DNA of 63,821 nucleotides, filler included, from Collodictyon triciliatum (taxonomy: Eukaryota): NCBI GenBank assembly GCA_043381765.1. It is 10 parts of 10 records of this genome, joined end to end, with 100 filler letters (N's around TTAATTAATTAA, not from the genome) between each part and the next. Parts side by side here need not be neighbours in the genome. Positions count along the whole stretch, not along the records: positions 38,377 to 44,664 come from JBHJMP010004574.1; positions 44,765 to 51,051 come from JBHJMP010004575.1; positions 51,152 to 57,436 come from JBHJMP010004576.1; 7 more parts are not named here. One strand, 5' to 3'. Below are positions 41,722 through 53,797 of this stretch, piece by piece. Under the pieces are notes generated by a model that saw nothing but the letters and a program-made list of their open reading frames with translations, was not told the origin of the DNA and did no database searches. Positions within the stretch are counted from its first letter, which is position 1. Every line of letters begins with the position of its first letter. The translations under genes and the position numbers were made by a program.

Positions 41722-42910
41722 ATGGACACGGACTTTCGGCTGCAGCGCGGGTTGTTTGTGCCTCGGCCGATGCGCGCGGTGTCTGAGCAGGAGAAGCGAG
41801 AGGCAAAGACGATCTTCGACTCACACGCCACGGCCGAAGGGTTTCTCACCAGAAGGGCGTTTAAGCTGGCCGTCCTCTCCTGCTTGGGGAGAAAGCCTGC
41901 CAAAGTGTGTGATGCCCTCTCTCTATTTTTCTTGTCTTCTTGTGAAAGAATTGCGGTATCTTGAATAGAAAGTGTCCTTTGTTTTTCTTCTCGAGAGAAA
42001 AAGAAAAAGAAAAAGAAAAAAGAAGCATATGGTGTGTTTTAGTTTCTGAAAAGAAAACAATAAATGAAGTAATTGGTTTGCATGGAAAGGTAGAGTTGGA
42101 GTTTTACTTCCCTCGTTCGGTAGAGCTCCAGAAAGGTTTCTAATCTGTCTGAATGTCTTTTTTATTTTATTTTATTTTATTTTATTTCTTTCTATTCTTC
42201 ATGTCATTTCTCTTTTAACTGTACTATAGAGCATTTAATTGGACGGATTATCAGATAATGCGGTGTTAATATCGAGACATGCAGGGATGGATTGGATTAC
42301 ATTCGAGAGTCACATAAGCCAAAAGCTAAGCTTGCAAGACAGTGATGAAGTCATTCGCCAGTCGTTCTTGTCGTTGGATCATTCTCGTATATATTGCTTA
42401 AGCCATGCACCAGAAGATAAAAATACACTTTTTTTTTTGTTATTTATCCAATGTTTCGTTCATCAACTCACACAATATATGCAATTGGAGTTTCAAGGAG
42501 CATGATACACCAGGAAAAAATATTCACAATAAGTTGGTATGATTTTAAATTATTCCAATTGGTTTACTTAATCGCAGAGAAAGGATATCTGATATTCGAG
42601 GATGTGCACAGCGGACTGAAGGAAGTGATGAAGAGTATCTCGGATGAGTTGGTCACTGATATCTTTCGTGAGTTGGATATTGATAATGACGGCCGAGTTG
42701 CATATCGAGGTAAATTTTCTCTTTTATAAATGATAAATATACTTATTTAGATGTATTTGTATTGAAAAGACATAAATATATGAAATCCTTCAATGGCTTT
42801 CTTTATTATGTGATAACCAATCACCATTACTCAACTATTACTTCGGGTTTTTTTTTTTACTTTTTACTTTATTAGATTTTGAGAGGCTCATGAAGAAATC
42901 TCCTTCTTGA
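41722..42910 (+). CDS. Small EF-hand protein, EFCAB11-like
   Basis: KLAVLSCLGRKPAK; DEVIRQSFLSLD; DIFRELDIDNDGRVAYRDFERLMK (canonical EF-hand loop). Confidence 0.75.
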
Positions 42911-43028
42911 GTGGTAAATACTCCTGATTTTTTATATGTCTTTTTATCCGTCCTGCTTCTCTGTTAAAATTCATGTAAGGTCTTGTGATACTTGGAAAAA
43001 AAATGAATTTATATATTTCTGATCTGAT

Positions 43029-43768
43029 TTATAGAATCGAGCCCCCTTTACTATGGGACATGACAAGTTGAAGAAGTTCTTGTCTCAACCTTGCTGCAGA
43101 TGCACTATCTGCATCAGCAATATCCACTTGTTGTTTTAAAATCTGATTATTTTTTTAGTAAAGTTAAGAATAATTAAATAAATAGAATCAGCATAAAACA
43201 ATTATAGTCCCAAGTATTCCGAAATATGTGAATTTACCACAATGCATATGTGAATTTAATCACAAAAAAATATGTGACATGCCTTTAAGCGAGCTACGAT
43301 AGTTGTTAATACTAGCAGATGCGGGCCACAATCGAATCCATTCCTTTGCTGTGGACAAGACATTTTCTTCACAACAGTTTTTTTCGTTCCTAATCGCGAA
43401 ACACATGTTAAAATAGAGTTATATGCACCATAAAAAAAACCCCTTCCTTCTCTTGAATCGAATAAAGGAAAATGATTAAGATATATTTTTGGTAAAATAA
43501 AGCAGGAAAAGAAAAGCAATTTTCCATTTCATTCCATTTGTCTGTTGGTTCCGATTACTGTAAATAAACCAATCCTAGAAAACAGTAGACCAATAAAATA
43601 CCAGTAGCTATTTGGCTCAATAAGTGTGCTAACCCTTCAGCAACCCTGTAATTCATACTGCCTGATGAATCATAATATTCCCACAACTTTGTACTTCGTT
43701 CAAATACAAGTAGTGCCCTTTTTTTTTTTTTTTATTTTTGATAAAAAAAAAAAAAAAATAAAATTTTT

Positions 43769-43843
<75 letters not shown>

Positions 43844-44196
43844 AAAGAGAGAATGTTTTTAACATACAATCTGTATTAATGACAATTGTAAATTGTTCAG
43901 ATATACGCGCCTTCATACTATAACATCCCGTTTTTATATGGAATACTTTGATATCAACACAAGGAGAGATGATTCATTATCTGCGTATATCTTTTAATGG
44001 AGGGCACTTAAGAAAACAGACTGCATAGCGAAGAGAGAGAAAACGAGGAAAGAGTATATGACAATATCAAGAGCAAACCAATGCGAGCCGCTCCCAATCG
44101 TGTCGCCTGTTCCATCATTTACAGGAACAAAAATATAATTGAAGCTCTTCAAATCCAGTGGACTCAACATCTGCTCAATTACATCTGACGGACAGC
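43029..44196 (-). CDS. SENP8: NEDD8-specific protease (Ulp1/C48 family), 5'-partial
   Basis: YIFVPVNDG...GSHW|ALLVF, YYDSSGSMN, CPQQRNGFDCG: His-Asp-Cys triad and oxyanion Gln. Confidence 0.85.
43432..43472 (+). mobile_element. Micro-retroinsertion copy 8 (full core, no clear TSD) in SENP8 intron
   Basis: AAAAAAAACCCCTTCCTTCTCTTGAATCGAATAAAGGAAAA. Confidence 0.75.
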
Positions 44197-44623
44197 CTTC
44201 GAAACGATGGCGAAGAGCAGAAGGTAGCCCGCAGAAAAAGAGGAATGCTTTTTCGTCAAAAGAGATCGTGCAAGTAAAACTCTTTTTTCTCTTTTTCTTT
44301 TTCTTTTTCTTTTTTCTCTTTTTTCTCTTTTTTCTCTTTTTTCTCTTTTTTCTCTTTTTTCTCTTTTTTCTCTTTTTTCTCTTTTTTCTCTTTTTTCTTT
44401 TTTCTCTTTTTTCTCTTTTTTCTCTTTTTTCTCTTTATTCTCTTTATTCTCTTTATTCTCTTTATTCTCTTTATTCTCTTTATTCTCTTTATTCTCTTTA
44501 TTCTCTTTTTTCTCTTTTTTCTCTTTTGGAGACCTAGAAAAGGATAATTATTGTGACGCAAGTGAGTTTTTTTCTGAATTTCTTAATATCTTTATTCCTT
44601 TTTTTTCTTTTTTTTCTTTTTTT

Positions 44624-44663
<40 letters not shown>

Positions 44664-44765
44664 TNNNNNNNNNNNNNNNNNNNNNNNNNNNNNNNNNNNN
44701 NNNNNNNNTTAATTAATTAANNNNNNNNNNNNNNNNNNNNNNNNNNNNNNNNNNNNNNNNNNNNT

Positions 44766-44845
<80 letters not shown>

Positions 44846-45331
44846 TCCCACACACAAATTTTGTCATGGTTTTAATTTTTTTTGTTCAAGGCGGCGCTGG
44901 TTCCTCACAGGAATCTGCATGCGGAGTTCGGTTCAATCCATTCAGTCGTAACCCGCGCGGGAGTGGATGACGATAAGCGAGGTTGCTGCCTATACACTTA
45001 GATGAAGGGCAAAAGAAATGTGACATCTTGACATCTGCCTTTCTACAAACTCTTTCTTATTCAATTAATGATACCACTTTGCCACTTTTTATCTAGGTTG
45101 TCAATGGTTGAGAAGGAGAAAAAGAGAGAAATATATGAATAGTCTTTTTATGATTCATATGAAGACTCATCTTTCAAGCATCAATAATATGCACAGATGG
45201 CTGTCTGAAAACTGTCATGGAATTCTACTACGTCGCAAAAAAAAAAAAAAAAACTTTCATTTCCTGTCTCGCTTAATTACAATCTCGATTCAAAAGATAT
45301 AAAAAAAAATAAAAGTCTATACATCAGAGAT

Positions 45332-45382
45332 GACTTCAAAAAGATTTTTTTTTTTCCTTTATTCGATTCGACTTCAAAAAGA
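45332..45382 (-). mobile_element. Micro-retroinsertion copy 9 (25-bp insert, perfect 13-bp TSD), apparently intergenic
   Basis: GACTTCAAAAAGA / T11 CCTTTATTCGATTC / GACTTCAAAAAGA. Confidence 0.88.
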
Positions 45383-46370
45383 ATTAACAGCCCAGCAATC
45401 CCAATAGTTTAGTTTATGCTACTGCCTGATAATGTAGTGCGCGGGTTACCTCGTAAAACACATGTGATGTCCGGTTGAATATCACTCCGTGTTAACGAAG
45501 GAGTGAAAACTGAGCCGAATCATGTGGGAATCAAAAACGACTAGATTCCAATCAAATCACGATAGTCGCCACTGCCCGCGGTCGAGTTTAGCTATAATGT
45601 CTTGACTGCGTGGAAGGGAAGCACATGGTTCCTATTATCTGAAAGGCCGTTTCTTGGCCCTCATGACCTCGGCGCATCTTTGTGCCATTTTGATAGTTCA
45701 TCACAGCGAAACTCTATGGAATCAATTAGGCGTATGAAGCGTGTAGGTGAAATTGAAAAATGAATAAATATTCTCAAATTTCGACTTGGCTTTCTCTATA
45801 CCCCCCAAGATAGAATGATCAAGTTAAATTCCGCATTTGGGGTATCGTGTCAATCGTGTCCAATTTCAAATCAAGAATCAGACATATCTGGTGCCTTACA
45901 TTCCCTGTGAAGCGAATGAGTAAGCTTAGGAAACGAAGAAAGGGTCGTGCCACTCACGGACGGATGTTCCCTCTTCCTCAGCTGGTTGGTAATGATGCGC
46001 GGAATTCTAGCGCAGCCGTTTCTATCGACACAGAAGGGGTATCAACATATTTTCTATCGAGCGACATGAAATTGGAGCAAATTAGAAGTTTACATTAATA
46101 TTCATTTTCTCCCTCAACCCAAATCTCTATGTAACTTTTCGTGTGTGATAAACGACTCAGTAGAGCCAGCACACTTAGCAGAGAACCTTTTCTTTTTCCG
46201 ATTCTTTCACTCTTGCTTTCTTTCGAGAAGCCTTTTTTTTTTCTGAACTTGTTTTTTCCTTAAGAATATTTACTGGATGGACGAGCAACTCAGCTCCTTT
46301 ATATCCCCTGTTTAGAACTTTTTTTTTTTTTATTCTTCCCTTTAAAACGCTCTTACTTTCAAGAAACACA

Positions 46371-47861
46371 ATGGATGGAGCCGATCCTAACGCAGTCGTT
46401 GGAGAGGATCAGGAAGAAATGTATCTGGAAGAAAGTGACGCCTCCAATTGGTCGGAGGAATCCTGGATTCAAACCTACCTGTCCATGGATGGAAACGAGG
46501 TATGTGCCTTATTGGAGATTCCTTATTTTTTGAGCAATCGACTGGGTGAGAGAAAAGATTTGGCCCAACACATCTTTGCCTGGGCCGCAATATAGTCTAC
46601 TTCAATTAGAATTACAATTTAAAACGATTGCTCACCAATCCCTCCCCCAAGAATTCTTTTTTTTTTTTATTTTCCACTAACATTATCAATCCCGAATGAA
46701 TTACCCCCAGCTATTCGTCGAGGTTGCAGATGACTTTATTCGAGACGACTTCAACTTGACCGGCTTAAGTGGTGTCATTCCCTATTACCGCCACGCCCTC
46801 GAAATTCTCCTTGATTATGACATCCAAGGTATAAACCAAAAAAACATATTGATCTACAACTCCTGAGAGCATTTACTTTTTCTCCGCACCAAATTGATAG
46901 AGGTTAATTGACTGTTTTGACTGATGGTCCAGATATTTCGCTCACACGAGAACAGAGCTATATCCTTGATAATTCATGCGAGGAACTCTATGGCATGATT
47001 CATGCCCGATATATTATTACCTCTAGGGGACTAGCTGCCATGGTGAGCAAGCTTGCAGTTGCTTCATTTAAACGAATCGTGTTTGAATCATGATAATATC
47101 GCAATAGTACCCATACTTATGCACTCTTGTCAATTTAGTTGGAGAAATACCAAGCAGGGCATTTCGGGGTATGTCCTCGAGTTCTTTGCCATGGGCAGCA
47201 CATGCTACCTATCGGGGTGTCCGATGTCCAACGAGAAGAGACAGTCAAATTGTACTGTCCTAGATGCGAAGATATATACCAACCATCACGAAGGCACGGA
47301 CGTGAGTGTCACATTATTTATGTCTTCTGTAACATGGATAGTTGTAAGTTTTATTTTCGCATCATCACATAGTCTTCTTTATTATTATTATTATTATTGG
47401 TTTTATTAACCTAGGAATCGATGGTGCATTCTTCGGAACTACTTTCCCTCATCTTTTCATGCTTACCTATCCCGACCTTCTGCCATCTGGAGATTCCTCG
47501 AAGTACGTACCCAGGATATTTGGATTTAAGATTCACTCGTCGTCCAAGTACGTTCCCCAATATATGTGTTAAGACAATATCACCAAATGAAAAGAAAAAA
47601 AAAGAACGAAGCCAGGTGCAAAAAAAAAAATATTTTTTTTTCCCTTTATTCGATTCAAGTGAAGGAAGGGGGTTTAGAGGTGCAATATCACTTGATTTTT
47701 CGGTCACTGAAAATGTTATGTACAATTCAAGGGCTCGTTTGACTGCGACGTTGAATCCACCCCGTTCGAACCCTGCAATCACTGCTGCTTTGGAAGAAGC
47801 CATAGCAGTGAATATGTCGCAAAAGGAGCAGAAGTCAGAGCAAGGAAAGCAGAAAGAATAA
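46371..47861 (+). CDS. CSNK2B: Casein kinase II regulatory beta subunit (6 exons)
   Basis: [57 protein letters not shown]...[35 protein letters not shown]. Confidence 0.97.
47614..47688 (-). mobile_element. Micro-retroinsertion copy 10 (full core; TSD AGGTGC(A)nTAT with A-run expansion) in CK2-beta intron
   Basis: AGGTGCA11TAT / T8 CCCTTTATTCGATTCAAGTGAAGGAAGGGGGTTTAG / AGGTGCAATAT. Confidence 0.8.
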
Positions 47862-48835
47862 GGACTCTGTCGTGTTGGTACCATTTTTGGTGTCTCTTAA
47901 CGTCCCAGGATACTCAGGCTGCAAGAAGTGATTGTACGATGGCCAACAGACTCAAGCACGTCACTTTGTTCTTTCCTATACCCTCTCGGATTTATTCTCT
48001 CGATTTTCTCCTAGAAAAAAAAAAAAGCAATCCAAAGAACTCTCCCAGCCACCTAGGCACATTGCTCGCCTTATTTTCCTACGCTGTTCTCTCTATTCCC
48101 CAATGGCATGTAATACATGGAATCACACCAAACAATGCATTTTCCCTGTCGGGCATCGCGCATAAGCAAGTTTATAATGTGCGACTATCTAGCAAATCTC
48201 TTTAAGTATTGTTCATTTATCCGCCATCTGTCTGACACAGCCCCATCCCCCGGAAAAATATCACAAACAATCGGGCAAAGAGGGCGTATATGTTTGAATG
48301 AGTGTGAGGGGAACTCGGCCTAGACTTTTGTTTTCCTCCAGATCCGCTATGTTCCTTTCATTAGCACTTTCGCCACACAAGCACGGACAACCCGCAACAC
48401 GGCGCCAGAGGAGATTCCAAAACTAGTAAAACATCTTCTTGCCCGATACGGCTCAACGGACTGCCACCCAGGACAAGCTGCTTGAATGTTTTTGTGGCCA
48501 CACGGTATATTCCAGCTGTGGATGTCAATATCTACAGCAAGTTCTCCGAATATCATGTAAATCTGTCCGGCCCCCCATGTCTGGTGCAGCGAGCATCGCG
48601 TGTAGAATCTCTGTATCTGGAAAATACACTTTGGCCATCACCACGAGAGACTCCCTGCCGGAGACAACGCAGGGCAGGACAAGGCAGCAACAAGCCTGCA
48701 TGGCTAGGAAAGAGAGGCAGAGACCGGCTTGCCTTGCCTTGCCTTGCCTTGCAGTTTCACCCACACCCGCAAACACTAGAAAGCAGAGGGCAGAGCCCGC
48801 ACTCCTCCCCGCAGAAACCAAGGGGCCGACCAGCC

Positions 48836-50930
48836 ATGGGCAGCGGACTCTCGACCTTCACGCGCTCGGGCGGCACGCGGGGGCCGCACCCGTCGCAGAC
48901 GCACACGGCCGCCCACCCGCCGCACAGCCACCACGCAAACCCGGCCGGCCCGCACCGGCCCGCTGGCAAGGAGATCATAGTCGTGCAGAGCCCGTCCAAC
49001 GGCGCCGCGGCCGGCCCGACTGCTGCGTGGGGGTCGGACCCGCACAAGGGTTTCCACGAGCGCGCAGTGCAGCCGATCGGCGGCTCTTCGGGCTCCCTGG
49101 ACAGCGACGCTCCTGCTCTGTCTGCAAGAACACAGCTGCAGTCGCAGCACCAAAGCCCCGCCAGGACGGGCCTCGCGCCGAGCGCCGCGCTTCCAGCAAA
49201 GACAACTCCCTCCAGTCTGTGCCTTGCCTTTCTATGCCTGTGATCGTTGTCCCCTTTTATTTTTCTTTTATTTTTCTTTTTCTTTTCTTTTCTTTTCTTT
49301 TTCCTTTTCCTTTTTGTTTTTTCTTTTTCATATCCTTATATTTGTACCGTGGCTGGGTTCTTTACTTGCATTTGGGGCTGCAGAGATTACGATCGTAGTG
49401 ATCATATCTTCTCTTTTCTTTTCTTTTCTCTCTCTCTCTCTATATATATATATATACTACATTATTATGCATTAATTTATTTTTGCTAATATTGCCATCC
49501 TGCAGCAATATATATTGAGAGCAAGGTTTCGAAACGCGGCCCCATGGTATTTATCTGATCTATAACAATGTTTTTTAGGGGTTGTGATTACGAAAATGAT
49601 TCTAAAGCCCCCCCCTTTTTTTTTTTTTTTAATTCTCTCCCTTGTCTTTATGTGTACTAGGTCAATTTGCAGATTAGAAAGCAAAACAGTGTTAGTTGTA
49701 TCGAGAAGGCAATTTCAGCGGAAGACATCTCGTTCGATTTGTTGACCACTATGGTGCAGAAAAGCTGGAATCTCCCCGATTATCATCTCATCACAGAAAC
49801 TGATGATGGAGAAAATGTGGAAATATTTGACCAGGTCTCCATCAGGATAATTTAGATTTGTATATTATTGATTTATTTAGTAAACTTACATATCCGTTTG
49901 CGATTCTTATAGAGCGGGCTTCAAGCAGCATTTTCACCCACATCAGCATCGAATAACCAAAAGGTCATCTTCTATGTTTGTACCGCTCTTCCACAAGCAT
50001 TCACTTCAACAAGTCTTCCTGCACCAAGCCCTCCATCCAAAAACCAAGTGTCACAGTCTGCACTAAACCAAAGTGTGCCCGGTAATGCTACACCAGGTCA
50101 TTTCATGATACACTGCATTTAAAAAAAATTGCGGAGTAATTATGACCTCTACTTTATTTTTTTTGAAGTAATGTATTGCTTTTTCATTCTTTAAATTGAA
50201 TAAAGAGGAATAATTCATTATTTTTACACAACATTGCCTCTGTATTTCATGCGCAAATGGTTTGTTAATGCTTAGATATTGATCTCGATGAATTGGATGC
50301 TCAAGATACCTTGGAGGAAAAGAAAACTACAGTAATGATCTTTTCATTTTTTTTTTTTTCCCTTCGGAGATATTCTTTTCATCGTTCACACATCCACAAA
50401 AATTAATCTAATCATTTTACCTTGCTGAATTAAACATTCAGCTCTATTTGCGATGTCACTACGATGAACAAGAAGTTTTTTGCACGGTACCCTCAGATTT
50501 AACTTTTTGGGAACTTCTCACCCGCTTGCGATATTCTTTTGGTCACGCTATTTACATATGCTACCGTAAAGGAAACGAGGTTATTACGATAAAGAATATA
50601 TCGAATCAGATTTACACAAAAAATATTGATTAAAACAGCTCATTATTATTTAATTTAATTTAATTTAATTTAATTTTTTCTTTTAAAAAAGGTCGTGCCT
50701 ATTAGAACATCAGACCTATTTGTTAGCATAATCGATGAACACAAAAAGAACACGCAGAAATATCTTGACTTGGTTGTAGAAAACGACGAAGAAAAAGGTA
50801 TTTTTTTCCGTCAGCTTGACTTTGAACTTGAAGTTTTTTGTAAGTCGAATTTAAGTATTTCTGTTTTCTTCCCATTATAGATGAAGAGGAAGATGAACTA
50901 GAACACCTTCTTGAAGAGAAAAAATCGATG
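48836..50930 (+). CDS. N-myristoylated protein with two PB1-like domains, 3'-partial
   Basis: GCCATGG start, MGSGLS; ISFDLLTTMVQKSWNLPDYHLITETDDGENVEIFDQ (OPCA-like acidic motif); LYLRCHYDEQEVFCTVPSDLTFWELLTRLRYSFG...YRKGNE|VVPIRT. Confidence 0.65.
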
Positions 50931-51151
50931 GTATAATCAAAATAATTCAATCTTCTTTTTTCTCTTTTTTCTCTTTTTTCTCTTTTTTCTCTTTTTTCTC
51001 TTTTTTCTCTTTTTTCTCTTTTTTCTCTTTTTTCTCTTTTTTCTCTTTTTTNNNNNNNNNNNNNNNNNNNNNNNNNNNNNNNNNNNNNNNNNNNNTTAAT
51101 TAATTAANNNNNNNNNNNNNNNNNNNNNNNNNNNNNNNNNNNNNNNNNNNN

Positions 51152-51262
<111 letters not shown>

Positions 51263-51326
51263 CTTTTTTTTTACTTTTTTTTACTTTTTTTTACTTTTTT
51301 TTACTTTTTTTTATCACTAGTTAGCT

Positions 51327-53291
51327 ATGTACCGCGCGCGAACAACTCGCACACAAGGACCCACGACCGCTCCGCCAAATCGCTCCTTACTTCGGATTGG
51401 CTGCACTTTTGTGGGGGTTGTGCTAATAACCCAGTTTGTCTCATTCGTGCACTGGCCCAAGGGGCTCTTCTCACCCCAAGAGGCTCCTCTCACCAACATC
51501 TCCGATATTCTTCAGACTAACCTCTCGCAGTCTCTCATCTTGGGTCATACGTTTTTTACAGGACAGGATAACAGTCTCGCAGCATTTCGTGCTGCTTTGC
51601 ATGTCTCACAATGGGCTCCTCGCACCCCAACTTGTGTCTTCCCTTGCGACACCTTTCGAAATGTTTCCTTGCACGTTCATATCGCTGGGTCATCAACAAA
51701 ACTGCAAAATGAATGTCCTGAAAAACTCATATGCCGGGCTTTAGAGCATGTCCTCATCTTTCATGTCCACAAGCGCCTAATACAGAGAATCCACAAATCC
51801 CCGCCACTCTCATGTATCCCCTTGGATCAAACCAAAGCTCTTCAACATAGGGCACCAAAGAGGGATGACCAAACGAGTGACTTTATAATCCAGTGTGCTC
51901 TACCAGGAAAGTCTGATTGCATCGGCCATGCATGGAATGAGTGGACAGTCGAAGTTGTGTCAGGAAAGAAAAACCTTGCACGAACACACTTTTACCGCCT
52001 GTTCATACCCCCAGATAGGCCATTTCAGATATTATCCATATATCCAGCGACTAACGATAGTTTTGTTCAGCTAGTAACTTTTTATGGGCCCAACTTATTT
52101 CTTCCAGCAAGTAGTGGTTCAGCACCTGAGTGCAACCGGTTGTATTGTATCTACCGCCATCGGCAACCCCATGGAACCTATGGGAGTGATACATTAAATC
52201 TGAATTGGAACAAAAATAACTATAACATTAGAAAAGGCGATGATAATACCAACACTCAAGGTGCTGAGTTTTTATGGGAAATACATCCAGCAGAGGTAGG
52301 GGAGGTATCATTAGTTTTCTGTCCAAAGCCAAATATTATTACTTCAAGAACGGAGTTAATGCTTTCCTACGATATGAAAATTGTTAGCAGCCCAAGGCTG
52401 TTTGGGCTTGAGCCTCAACCAACTAGTATTGCAAAAAAATTGCAGAGTGTTTATTTGTCTATATGCGCCATGGTCAAAAAGGAGAATACACAGAGACTAC
52501 AAGAGTGGATTGAATATCATCGCATCGTCGGGTATGACCGAATTATCCTATATGACAACAGTCTCGACCCAGATTATAGAATGAAGAGACTTTTAGAGCA
52601 ATATAACGATTTTGTTGTTGTAAGAACCTGGCCTCATCGGCATTCTCAAACAGAGGCATTTACGGATTGCATAATAAGGTTTTCTCATACGACTGAATGG
52701 ATTAGTCTTTTAGATGCAGACGAGTTTGCGGTCCCAATATCCCCATATGTATCTGTACCAAGTGTTCTTCGCACATTTACTGTGAGGTCGACCGACCATT
52801 ATGTCCATTCGCAGTGGTTAACATTTGGGCCTTGTGACAATTCCACTATTGACCAACCCCACTTAAAGAGTAAGCTAGATAAAACTTTGTTAGAGTACCC
52901 CCTAACGATGGAGATGTGTCATAATATAACGCGCTCTTCATCACCAAACCCAAAGGCTACAGTCAGAGCTCGCGAAGCTGCAGCCATGCAAGGTTATGGT
53001 CCACATTATGTCAAACTCTCTCGGGACATCAACAAAGTACATCGCAGCACCTCATTGGATTTGTCCAAACATTTGATGATATACCATTACAGATACCGAA
53101 CATGGAATGAGTACTTCAGTCGTCGTTTAGGTGATATTGCTGGTCTTTCGGATGGATGGACAAAGGAGAAATTGCACGCAGATTGGGCTCTAGGTATAAA
53201 GTATTCGCAGAGACTGCCGCTCTATCATAACCACATAGTCCGCTTCCTTCCTCAGTTGCGGAATGCGATGGAAGGCAATCCAGAAAGTTGA
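51327..53291 (+). CDS. Type II membrane GT-A glycosyltransferase, family GT92/DUF23-like; intronless
   Basis: 654-aa ORF; N-terminal TM anchor; YLSICAMVKKE...LQEWIEYHRIVGYDRIILYDNS; QTEAFTDCI; WISLLDADEF (DxD); IYHYR. Confidence 0.88.
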   Translation: MYRARTTRTQGPTTAPPNRSLLRIGCTFVGVVLITQFVSFVHWPKGLFSPQEAPLTNISDILQTNLSQSLILGHTFFTGQDNSLAAFRAALHVSQWAPRTPTCVFPCDTFRNVSLHVHIAGSSTKLQNECPEKLICRALEHVLIFHVHKRLIQRIHKSPPLSCIPLDQTKALQHRAPKRDDQTSDFIIQCALPGKSDCIGHAWNEWTVEVVSGKKNLARTHFYRLFIPPDRPFQILSIYPATNDSFVQLVTFYGPNLFLPASSGSAPECNRLYCIYRHRQPHGTYGSDTLNLNWNKNNYNIRKGDDNTNTQGAEFLWEIHPAEVGEVSLVFCPKPNIITSRTELMLSYDMKIVSSPRLFGLEPQPTSIAKKLQSVYLSICAMVKKENTQRLQEWIEYHRIVGYDRIILYDNSLDPDYRMKRLLEQYNDFVVVRTWPHRHSQTEAFTDCIIRFSHTTEWISLLDADEFAVPISPYVSVPSVLRTFTVRSTDHYVHSQWLTFGPCDNSTIDQPHLKSKLDKTLLEYPLTMEMCHNITRSSSPNPKATVRAREAAAMQGYGPHYVKLSRDINKVHRSTSLDLSKHLMIYHYRYRTWNEYFSRRLGDIAGLSDGWTKEKLHADWALGIKYSQRLPLYHNHIVRFLPQLRNAMEGNPES

Positions 53292-53797
53292 ATAACATGT
53301 GCTCTTTCTTTATCTTTAAAGAATTTTCTCCTTTTTTTTTCTCTATATTTCAATGGAAATTTAATTTGATACCCATCACATGGGCTTGAAAAAAATCCTC
53401 AATCCGGTTAGCTCTTGGTTTCCCCCATCCGCAGTGTTTTCTCAATCATTTGATTGCTGCTGCTAGCCAAAAATCGAAAGTTTACAGCAGGCGCGTGGTA
53501 AGTGCACCGGGCGTCCGATATCCAAAGAAAACATTATTAAGTTGCCATCTCTCGGGTGAGGAAATAGATTAAAAAAAAAAATGGAAGTGTCTGTCAATAA
53601 ATCTTCGAACCACGAGCAGAACCTTCCTAGTGTTTTATTTTATCCGTCTTTTATCAGAAGGGAGAAGAAAAAAAAAAAGGGCTTTGTACAAACATGGGTC
53701 TTGGACAAAGAAATATAATATTATTGATGAGTAAGGAGTGAAGGGAAGGGCTGAGAGCTAGGGATATGGATAATGAAGGAGTAAGATGGATAAGAAG

